Part shown: piece after piece, positions 56,596 through 64,000 of the stretch
Layout: each line of letters opens with the position of its first letter
Numbering within the stretch: position 1 is the first letter of the stretch
From: Methylococcales bacterium
Lineage (GTDB): Bacteria; Pseudomonadota; Gammaproteobacteria; Methylococcales; Methylomonadaceae
Assembly (NCBI GenBank): GCA_026399075.1
Contig: JAPLRR010000089.1
Location: 13,149 to 77,148 of the forward strand
Length of the DNA: 64,000 nt
Reading direction: 5' to 3'
Notes under the pieces: model-generated
Databases searched by the model: none
Seen by the model: the letters and a program-made list of their open reading frames with translations, nothing else
What the model was told of the DNA's origin: nothing
Made by a program: the position numbers and the translations under genes

Positions 56596-58818
56596 ATGAG
56601 AGTCCGTTTCCCCGTTTTACAATTTTTGTTGTTCCTCTGCGCATTGTTTGCGTTTTCCCCTGTCTTTGCCAAGAGCGACGGGCGTGCCCAGTCTTCGCCC
56701 TTGGCTGTTAGCCAAACCTCGGTCACCCTGAAAGTGGGGGGTGTTGCCACGCTTACGGTGACCAATACCAGTGGTACGGTTTCCGCCAGTTCAGGCGACA
56801 AATCGATAGTTACTGCGGCCTATGCCAATAAGGTGTTGACCCTGAAGGGGGTAAAGGCTGGCTCGACTAAGGTGACGGTAAAAGACAGCAAGACCAGTGT
56901 CAGCATTGCCGTCAAAGTGGATGCCGTGATTGTAAGTAGTCTGACCGCAAGCCCGACTTCTGTTGTTATGGTGGTGGGTGCTACGTCGGGCATCACTGTC
57001 AGCAATGCATCGGGTACAGTAACGGTCAGTTCCGCCAACAAAGCCGTGGCCACCGCAAGTTATGCCAGTGGCATAGTCACTGTGAAAGGCGTTGCGGCGG
57101 GCTCTACGACCTTGATCATTAAAGACAGCAAGCAAACCTTGACCTTGCCAGTCACTATCACCGCCGTACCTGTACCGCCAGTGGCCGGAAATTACACTTT
57201 ATTGGCGTGGAATGACTTGGGTATGCACTGCATGGATGGTTTGGACTTTTCTGTGTTTGCCATTTTGCCGCCTTATAACACGCTCCATGCCCAATTGAAG
57301 GATAAAGCGGGTAAGTTGGTCACTAGTGGTGTCACCCTGACTTATGAGGCCGTGGCGGATAGCACGGGTTCGATTAACACCAATAGCTACACCAAAACCA
57401 ATTTCTGGGGCTGGGTGGGCAGTTTGGTGGGCTTGCAGCCAGCCAATGATATTGGGCTTAATTTGGATGGCCTGGCCACGGGTAATCCTGCGCCTGGCAA
57501 TGAAACGCCTTCTTTAGTGCCAGCACCTATGGCTTACAATACCGAGTATCGCTGGTTTGAGGCGGAAGGTATCCCCATTACCCCCTTTGATGACCAAGGC
57601 AAAAAGAATTTCTATCCGACCGTCAAAGTTGTGGCTAAAGATGTGAACGGCAAGCAGTTGGCATCAACAACCACGGTGTTGCCAGTCAGTGATGAAATGA
57701 CCTGTAAGGCCTGCCATACCTCAACGGCTTCAAGTAACCCCGCTGAAGTTGCCGCTAAGCCAGCGGCTGGATGGGTGAATGATGCCAATCTGGATAAAGA
57801 CTGGAAAAGGAATATTTTACGCCTGCATGACGAAAAGCAATTGACAAATTCGCTTTACCAATCTGCCTTAATCCAAAGTGGTTACAATACGGGCGGTTTA
57901 TTGGCGACAGCGGATGCGGGTAAACCAGTCTTATGTGCGGGTTGCCATGCTAGCAATGCGTATTTTGACAAACAAAACAAAAAGACTGTGATGGGCGGTA
58001 TGGCAGGTATCAGACCGTTTACCCAAGTCTTGCACACCAAACATGCCTTAGTGAAAGATCCGTCCACCCAATTGGCCTTGGACAGCAATGGTGACCGCAC
58101 CGCTTGTTATTTGTGCCATCCGGGTTCGGCGACGAAGTGTTTGCGTGGCGCTATGAGCAAAGCAGCGGACACCAGTGGTAAGTTGATGAGCTGCCAAAGT
58201 TGTCATGGCAATATGGCGGCAGTGGGTAGCCCAGCCCGCCAAGGCTGGTATAACGAGCCAACTTGCGAGTCTTGCCACAACAGTGCCGCAACTAACAAAC
58301 GGGCAATGTCTGCCTTAAATGCCAGTGGTGTGGCAATTGTGCCTAGCGACCATACTTTCGCTACTAACGCCAACGCGCCAGTGCCAGGTTTGAATTTATA
58401 CCGTTTTAGCACGGGCCACGGCGGCTTGCAATGTGAAGCTTGCCATGGGGCCACCCATGCCGAATATCCTTCTAGCCATGTGGATGACAATACCCAAAGT
58501 TTGGCTGTCCAAGGGCACACTGGGACGATAGCTGAATGTAAAGCCTGCCATAGCGTGGTACCGACCACTGTCAACGGTGGCCCGCATGGTATGCACACAA
58601 CTGGCGATGCTTGGGTTAAAGCGCATGAGTCAGCAAACAAAAATGGCACGGCAACTACACCGAGTTGTGCATATTGTCATGGTACGACCAGCGCAGGGAC
58701 GCCGTTGAGTGCCATTAAAGTGGCAAAGACGGTTAATGCGGGGGATTTTGGCATTAAAAATTGGCCTGTAGCTTACCAAGTTAGCTGTTTTAGTTGCCAT
58801 AATGGCCCTAATCCTTGA
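56596..58818 (+). CDS. Secreted multihaem (nine CXXCH) c-type cytochrome with two N-terminal Big_2 Ig-like domains
   Basis: I place the start at ATG 56596 (GAGG SD). The signal peptide is MRVRFPVLQFLLFLCALFAFSPVFA. Two ~70-aa Big_2-like repeats occur (..VTLKVGGVATLTVTN..GVKAGSTKVTVKD.. and ..VVMVVGATSGITVSN..GVAAGSTTLIIKD..). The CXXCH motifs are CKACH, CAGCH, CYLCH, CQSCH, CESCH, CEACH, CKACH, CAYCH and CFSCH. Confidence 0.85.
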   Translation: MRVRFPVLQFLLFLCALFAFSPVFAKSDGRAQSSPLAVSQTSVTLKVGGVATLTVTNTSGTVSASSGDKSIVTAAYANKVLTLKGVKAGSTKVTVKDSKTSVSIAVKVDAVIVSSLTASPTSVVMVVGATSGITVSNASGTVTVSSANKAVATASYASGIVTVKGVAAGSTTLIIKDSKQTLTLPVTITAVPVPPVAGNYTLLAWNDLGMHCMDGLDFSVFAILPPYNTLHAQLKDKAGKLVTSGVTLTYEAVADSTGSINTNSYTKTNFWGWVGSLVGLQPANDIGLNLDGLATGNPAPGNETPSLVPAPMAYNTEYRWFEAEGIPITPFDDQGKKNFYPTVKVVAKDVNGKQLASTTTVLPVSDEMTCKACHTSTASSNPAEVAAKPAAGWVNDANLDKDWKRNILRLHDEKQLTNSLYQSALIQSGYNTGGLLATADAGKPVLCAGCHASNAYFDKQNKKTVMGGMAGIRPFTQVLHTKHALVKDPSTQLALDSNGDRTACYLCHPGSATKCLRGAMSKAADTSGKLMSCQSCHGNMAAVGSPARQGWYNEPTCESCHNSAATNKRAMSALNASGVAIVPSDHTFATNANAPVPGLNLYRFSTGHGGLQCEACHGATHAEYPSSHVDDNTQSLAVQGHTGTIAECKACHSVVPTTVNGGPHGMHTTGDAWVKAHESANKNGTATTPSCAYCHGTTSAGTPLSAIKVAKTVNAGDFGIKNWPVAYQVSCFSCHNGPNP

Positions 58819-58877
58819 TGCGTAAAGCTTAGCGTAGGGCTCAGGAATACCGGGCCGACGCTAATAGAGGTTCATGC

Positions 58878-58907
58878 AAAACACCCCGAAAGGGGTGTTT
58901 TGTTTTG
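58878..58907 (+). terminator. Rho-independent terminator of the cytochrome gene
   Basis: AAACACCCC-GAAA-GGGGTGTTT followed by TGTTTTG. Confidence 0.85.
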
Positions 58908-59152
58908 TGCATAGGTTCGGGGATAAATTGTAATCCGACAGGGATAATCGGCTATAATTTGCCCTTAAAAGCTGACATCAATACGCTTCATCCACGGCTT
59001 GGAGCGCAGTTGTTTTAAACCCATCGCTTACGCACCCCGCCGAAATCGGATTTTGGCTGGCCTTAAGCATTTTTAAGCACAAAGACTTGCTTGGCAATAT
59101 TGCCCAAGCTTTAGCCCATTCTTCCCTCAACCTAGCCCTTAACTGACAACGC

Positions 59153-60538
59153 ATGATGGATCAATCTCTCAAGTTCGACCTTGCCCTTATTAACCGCTAT
59201 GACCGTGCTGGCCCACGTTACACCTCTTACCCAACGGCTTTGGAATTACATGATGGATTTGGTGATGCCGACTATCGCCAGCATATCGCCAAATCCAATG
59301 CCCAAGGTGGGCCCTTATCCTTGTATTTCCATATCCCGTTTTGCGACACGGTGTGCTTTTATTGTGCCTGCAATAAAATAATCACTAAAAATCGTAAACA
59401 CGCTGAGCCCTATTTGGCTAATTTGTGCAAAGAAATTGCGATGCAAGGGGATTTGTTCGACCGTACCCGGGTGGTCAACCAATTGCATTGGGGTGGTGGT
59501 ACACCAACGTTTTTAAACTTTGAACAAATGCAGCAATTAATGACCGTAACCCGCGAACATTTTTTGTTAAAAGACGATGATACTGGCGAATACTCGATAG
59601 AAGTTGACCCTAGGGAAACCCATTCAGAAACCATCAACCAATTGCGTGACCTGGGGTTTAACCGCGTTAGCTTAGGCTTGCAGGATTTTGACCCTGCCGT
59701 GCAAAAGGCCGTCAACCGTATCCAAAGTGAGGCCCAGACGTTTAGTGTGTTGGAAGCCGCCCGTAAAGCGGGTTTCCGTTCCACCAATATTGATTTGATT
59801 TATGGATTGCCTTTGCAAACCGTCGCCACTTTTGCCAATACCTTAGATAAAATTTTGGCGGCTGAGCCTGACCGCTTTTCCATTTTTAATTATGCGCACA
59901 TGCCTGCACGGTTTAAAACCCAGCGCCAGATTAATGATGCCGATATGCCTAGTCCTGAGACCAAGCTGGATATATTGCAAATGGTCGGCCAGCGCTTGAC
60001 GGAAGCGGGTTATGTTTATATCGGTATGGATCATTTTGCCAAACCGGATGATGAACTAGCCATAGCCCAGCGCGAAGGCAAGCTGTACCGGAATTTCCAG
60101 GGCTATTCCACCCATTCCGATTGTGACTTGGTTGGCTTTGGTATTACCTCGATAGGCCGGGTCGGGGATGCCTATAGCCAAAACGTCAAAGATTTGGAAG
60201 AATACGACCGCCTTATCGGGCAAAACAAATTACCGGTGTTCAGAGGTGTGGAGTTGGATGCAGACGATAAATTGCGTAGTGCGGTCATTACCCAGATCAT
60301 TTGCCATTTTGACCTGCATTTTAAAGCCATCGAACAGCGCTTTGGGATTAACTTTGCCGAGTATTTTGGCAAGGAACTCAAGTTGTTGGAGCCCATGCAA
60401 ACCGACGGGCTGCTTAGCCTGTCCAGCGAAGCCATACAGGTTTTACCCGCAGGCCGTTTATTGATCCGCAATATCTGCATGGTCTTCGATAAATATCTGG
60501 CGCAAAAAAACCAGCAACAATTTTCCAAAGTCATTTAG
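59153..60538 (+). CDS. hemN: Oxygen-independent coproporphyrinogen III oxidase (radical SAM)
   Basis: 461 aa with YFHIPFCDTVCFYCAC (CxxxCxxC plus a fourth Cys), GGGTPTFL and the typical N-terminus RYDRAGPRYTSYPTA. Confidence 0.95.
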   Translation: MMDQSLKFDLALINRYDRAGPRYTSYPTALELHDGFGDADYRQHIAKSNAQGGPLSLYFHIPFCDTVCFYCACNKIITKNRKHAEPYLANLCKEIAMQGDLFDRTRVVNQLHWGGGTPTFLNFEQMQQLMTVTREHFLLKDDDTGEYSIEVDPRETHSETINQLRDLGFNRVSLGLQDFDPAVQKAVNRIQSEAQTFSVLEAARKAGFRSTNIDLIYGLPLQTVATFANTLDKILAAEPDRFSIFNYAHMPARFKTQRQINDADMPSPETKLDILQMVGQRLTEAGYVYIGMDHFAKPDDELAIAQREGKLYRNFQGYSTHSDCDLVGFGITSIGRVGDAYSQNVKDLEEYDRLIGQNKLPVFRGVELDADDKLRSAVITQIICHFDLHFKAIEQRFGINFAEYFGKELKLLEPMQTDGLLSLSSEAIQVLPAGRLLIRNICMVFDKYLAQKNQQQFSKVI

Positions 60539-60544
60539 TGCCTT

Positions 60545-60751
60545 ATGAGTGATGACCGGATTATAGAGCTGGAAATTAAAGTCGCTTATCAGGAAGATTT
60601 GCTGCAAACCCTAAACACAATAGTCAGCGGGCAACAACAGCAGATAGGCCGCTTGGATGCAACGTGCAGAATGTTAAATGAGCGCATCAAAAGTTTATCT
60701 TCTGAAGGCGGCCCTGTTGGGGCGGTAGACGAAGTGCCGCCGCATTATTAG
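60545..60751 (+). CDS. slyX: SlyX family protein
   Basis: 68-aa coiled-coil protein with IIELEIKVAYQEDLLQTLNTIV...Q...I..L. Confidence 0.8.
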   Translation: MSDDRIIELEIKVAYQEDLLQTLNTIVSGQQQQIGRLDATCRMLNERIKSLSSEGGPVGAVDEVPPHY

Positions 60752-60960
60752 TTGGCTTAAGGCCAAGCCCCTGTTTTTTTAACTGATAATGCCTGTTCAA
60801 ATTTGGGTATCTATCAACAGGGGTATGGGGCGTTAATTAAATGGCATCCCAAACAAGTTGATCGCTGGACATTCACGCCCTTGCTGCTATGATGTATGTT
60901 ATGCGTTTGTTTTTAAAGCGTAAAAACACATAATCTGTAAGTTTATCCCAGGAGATTGCC

Positions 60961-61425
60961 ATGCTAGAAAACCAACAAACAGCCCCCGCATTTAATTCAG
61001 TAAACCAATTTAATGAACCCGTGCAGTTGTCAGACTATGCTGGCAAAAAGAATGTGGTGTTATATTTTTACCCAAAAGATGACACCCCCGGTTGCACAAT
61101 AGAAGCCAATGATTTTACCCGTCTCGCCGAAGAATTTAGCCAATATGATACCGTGGTGATTGGTGTCAGCAAGGATTCTTGTGCCAGCCACGTCGATTTT
61201 ATCAACAAATTTGGCTTAAAAGTCGATTTGCTGGCTGATACTGATGGCACAGTGTGTGAAAGCTACGGTGTTTGGCGGGAGCGGGAAAAAAATGGCGTGA
61301 AAAGTATGGCCATTTTTCGGTCTACGTTCATTATCGACAAACAAGGTGTTTTGGTTGATGTTGAATATGGGGTAAACCATGAAGGCCATGCCGAAGCGGT
61401 ATTGGCAAAAATTAAAGCGCTATAA
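60961..61425 (+). CDS. bcp: Thioredoxin-dependent peroxiredoxin Bcp
   Basis: 154 aa with VVLYFYPKDDTPGCTIEA (peroxidatic Cys) and GVSKDS. Confidence 0.9.
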   Translation: MLENQQTAPAFNSVNQFNEPVQLSDYAGKKNVVLYFYPKDDTPGCTIEANDFTRLAEEFSQYDTVVIGVSKDSCASHVDFINKFGLKVDLLADTDGTVCESYGVWREREKNGVKSMAIFRSTFIIDKQGVLVDVEYGVNHEGHAEAVLAKIKAL

Positions 61426-61476
61426 GTGTTGGCCGCTAGATAACAACTTATACAATTGCTTTAGGAGTTGTCACCC

Positions 61477-62247
61477 ATGATACCCGAACAAACCATCAAC
61501 TTAACGGGCAAAGTCGCCCTTATCAGCGGCGCTGGTGTTGGCATAGGCCGCGCAACGGCATTGGCATTAGGCAAGGCGGGTGCATTTATTGGCATCCATT
61601 ATTATTCCAGTGCCACCGGTGCCAAAGCACTGCTAGACGAACTAACCGCGCTCAATATCAAGGCCATGCTGTTGCCGGCCGACTTGACCCAAGAAGACCA
61701 AGCAAATGCAGTGGTCGAGACGCTGGTGGCCGAAGCTGGGCAGCTGGATATTTTGGTCAATAACAGCGGCGGCTTGGTCAAGCGGGCAAAAATTGAAGAC
61801 TGCACCTTGGAGAACTGGAACAAATCATTAGACCTTAACCTCACCAGTGCATTCTTGCTGACTAAGCACGCCATTCCGCATTTGCGGGCAACAGGCAATG
61901 GCCGTATCGTCAATATTTTGTCCTTGTCAGTACAAACCGGCGGGGCCAATGGCGGAGGTTCTTATGCAGCTGCCAAGGGCGGTTTGATGGTATTTACCCA
62001 TACCTTGGCCAAAGAGTTGGCGCCACAAGTACGCACCAATTCGGTAATGCCAGGTACGGTTGAAACCCAACACCATGAAATCCATTCGACGGCTGAGATG
62101 ATGGAGAACTACCGCAAACAAACCCCATTGGGGCGTAATACCTTTGCCGAAGAAGTCGCCAGTTCGGTGCTGTTCCTTGCCAGCGATATGTCTTCACATA
62201 TCAATGGTGCCCTGATCGACATTAGCGGCGGGCGATTTCTCAGGTAA
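61477..62247 (+). CDS. Short-chain dehydrogenase/reductase (SDR) family oxidoreductase
   Basis: It has ALISGAGVGIGRA (TGxxxGxG-like), NNSG and YAAAKGG (YxxxK). I place the start at ATG 61477, 10 nt after AGGAG. The track start is a TTG abutting the SD. Confidence 0.85.
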   Translation: MIPEQTINLTGKVALISGAGVGIGRATALALGKAGAFIGIHYYSSATGAKALLDELTALNIKAMLLPADLTQEDQANAVVETLVAEAGQLDILVNNSGGLVKRAKIEDCTLENWNKSLDLNLTSAFLLTKHAIPHLRATGNGRIVNILSLSVQTGGANGGGSYAAAKGGLMVFTHTLAKELAPQVRTNSVMPGTVETQHHEIHSTAEMMENYRKQTPLGRNTFAEEVASSVLFLASDMSSHINGALIDISGGRFLR

Positions 62248-62287
62248 TAGTTGGCATGTCCTGTACCTATTAGGGCTGTGTACCGTT

Positions 62288-62327
62288 GCGGTGTCCATTT
62301 TATGTTTGCGGCATAAATGGACACCGC
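62288..62327 (+). terminator. 13-bp perfect stem-loop after the SDR gene (terminator or REP candidate)
   Basis: GCGGTGTCCATTT-N14-AAATGGACACCGC, 41 nt after the SDR stop, with no U-tract. Confidence 0.35.
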
Positions 62328-62370
62328 GCTTGTGGTATAGTTTAGCCTTTTATTTTCCCAAGGAAACAAC

Positions 62371-63225
62371 ATGAGTGTCACCAAACTTCTTGCCGGATTG
62401 TGTTTAGCTGCGGTTATTGTGCCAGCAGTTGCGGAAGAAAAATTTAAAGTCTGTGCTGATCCGTTAAACCCGCCGTACTCAACAAAAAATCAAGATGGCT
62501 TTGAAAATAAGATTGCCGAACTTTTTGCCAAAGAATTAGGGCAAAAAGTTGAATACACGTGGTTTGCCCAGCGTATCGGTTTTATCCGCAACACCTTGAC
62601 CGCGCCTGTTGATGAGTGGGCGGCGAACAGCGATGACTATAAATGTGACATCGTTATGGGTGTTCCGGCAAACTACGATTTGACCTTGACCACCGCACCC
62701 TATTACCAATCAACCTATGTGCTGTTGATTGCCAAAGGCCGTGGTTGGGATGATATTAAAGATGCCAGCCAATTGGCAAACTTGCCTTTACAGCGCCAAG
62801 AATCCTTAAAAATCGCCATGTTCGACCGTGGGCCAGGTACAAGCTGGTTGCAAGAAAATGGTTTGTTAGACCAAGGCGTCCCTTACCAATCCATGTCGGG
62901 TGATAGTAACAATAATACTGCCATGGAGATGGACAGGGATTTTAAGGCCAAAAAAATTGATATGGTCATTTTATGGGGGCCGCTGGCAGCCTATGTCACC
63001 GCGCAAAGCCCTAAAAACACATACACGATGATCCCGATGAAATCCACGCCGGGGATAAAGTTTGATTATGCCATGGCCATGGGGGTGCGTAAGGGGGACA
63101 AGGCAAAGAAAGCCCAGCTCGATAATCTGATCGACACTAAAGCCGATAAGATCCAGGCAATTATTGGGGGTTATGGTGTGCCTTTGTTGCCGATAGCTAA
63201 GGAAGCTAATGGACGTGGTGATTAG
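62371..63225 (+). CDS. Quinoprotein dehydrogenase-associated periplasmic substrate-binding protein (MoxJ/XoxJ-like, SBP family 3)
   Basis: 284 aa with a signal peptide (LLAGLCLAAVIVPAVA) and FKVCADPLNPPYSTKNQDGFENKIAELFAKELG. This resembles the TIGR03871-type pattern as I recall it. Confidence 0.6.
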   Translation: MSVTKLLAGLCLAAVIVPAVAEEKFKVCADPLNPPYSTKNQDGFENKIAELFAKELGQKVEYTWFAQRIGFIRNTLTAPVDEWAANSDDYKCDIVMGVPANYDLTLTTAPYYQSTYVLLIAKGRGWDDIKDASQLANLPLQRQESLKIAMFDRGPGTSWLQENGLLDQGVPYQSMSGDSNNNTAMEMDRDFKAKKIDMVILWGPLAAYVTAQSPKNTYTMIPMKSTPGIKFDYAMAMGVRKGDKAKKAQLDNLIDTKADKIQAIIGGYGVPLLPIAKEANGRGD

Positions 63226-63279
63226 CCCTAAACAAGCAGGGCGGCAGGGGCAATTTCTTCAATTGCCCCTGGACACCAC

Positions 63280-64000
63280 TTATTTTCGGTTAAACAACGA
63301 CACCAAATACGCAAATCGGGTGGCGCGTTCATGTGACAATTGGTTCCACTGGAAACGCCATTTCCAGTTGCCTACGGTTGTACCGGGCGTGTTCATACGT
63401 GCCTCGGAACCTAATTCAAGGATATCCTGCATAGGAATGATGGCAAGGTTGGCCACAGACCCCAAGGCGGCTTGTATCAGTGCACAATGCAATGAAATTG
63501 ACGGGTTGCCCAGATAATCATAAGTATAGTTCCGTTCATGTTCATTAATGCTATAAGTCCAACCAACTGTGGTGTCATTATCATGGGTACCGGTATATAC
63601 GACGCAGTTTTTGTCGTAATGATCCGGTAAATACGGGTTGTCAGGGCCGCTACCAAAGGCAAACTGTAATATTTTCATGCCGGGTAGGGCAAACTCGTCC
63701 CTCAACTCTTCAACTTCATCAGTGATAATGCCAAGGTCTTCGGCCACCAAGGGAATAGACCCCAAGGCGGTTTTAATGGCATTTAATAAGTCTTTGCCGG
63801 GTGCTTTGACCCACTGGCCTTTTTGGGCGGTAGGTTCGCTGGCGGGAATTTCCCACGCGGCTTCCAAGCCACGAAAGTGGTCTATGCGTAAAATGTCAAA
63901 TTGTTCAAGTTGGGTGTCCATGCGGGCTACCCACCAAGCAAAACCCGTTTTATTGAGATAGTCCCAATCATAATGCGGGTTGCCCCAACGTTGCCCGGTT
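63280..64000 (-). CDS. malQ: 4-alpha-glucanotransferase (amylomaltase), C-terminal part; the gene continues beyond the window
   Basis: IDHFRGL, VAEDLGIITDEV, YTGTHDNDT and the C-terminal NTPGTTVGNWKWRF are present. The reading frame stays open to the window edge, so this is 5'-partial. Confidence 0.9.
   Translation of the reverse strand, partial: TGQRWGNPHYDWDYLNKTGFAWWVARMDTQLEQFDILRIDHFRGLEAAWEIPASEPTAQKGQWVKAPGKDLLNAIKTALGSIPLVAEDLGIITDEVEELRDEFALPGMKILQFAFGSGPDNPYLPDHYDKNCVVYTGTHDNDTTVGWTYSINEHERNYTYDYLGNPSISLHCALIQAALGSVANLAIIPMQDILELGSEARMNTPGTTVGNWKWRFQWNQLSHERATRFAYLVSLFNRK

Noticed and set aside
58980-59152. Canonical FNR/Anr box upstream of hemN
   Set aside because: I found no TTGAT-N4-ATCAA match in the leader. 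Only the unrelated palindrome at 59089-59109 is present.

Overview
This is a 64-kb chromosomal window from a moderate-GC, Gammaproteobacteria-like genome. Gene content hints at a Methylococcales-type methylotroph, but I cannot verify that from the sequence. I can support about 47 protein-coding genes, one tRNA-Leu(CAG), one TPP riboswitch upstream of thiC, a decayed IS6-family remnant, several REP-like extragenic hairpins and a few intrinsic terminators. I saw no rRNA, CRISPR array or intact prophage. Most of the window is housekeeping: ilvD, argF-argD, grxD, thiC, glgP, partial malQ, rhlE-like helicase, rnr, rlmB, hemN, slyX, bcp, galU, manC, cysC and dhaK/dhaL. Six accessory or unusual spots stand out. 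(1) A visibly AT-rich two-gene cassette at 53687-55684 encodes an AAA_21/ABC-type ATPase plus a 200-aa protein with no motif I recognise, wedged between rnr and rlmB, which are normally adjacent. This is my top candidate for an undescribed defence-type system. (2) A translationally coupled four-gene cytoplasmic phosphorelay at 7793-13744 has S1/OB-like domains fused to a receiver-histidine kinase and no DNA-binding output. (3) An AT-rich islet at 28.3-31.3 kb carries an orphan methyltransferase and a putAbiC-like membrane protein. (4) A glycan-sulfation neighbourhood at 38.8-45.8 kb combines GT2, an unknown DxD protein, a sulfotransferase, galU, manC, cysC and a DHH phosphoesterase. (5) A secreted Big_2-nonaheme cytochrome c lies at 56596-58818. 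(6) An orphan 1148-aa enzyme-like protein at 4122-7568 may be a PPi-type PEPCK. All product calls come from motif recognition by eye. No database search was run.
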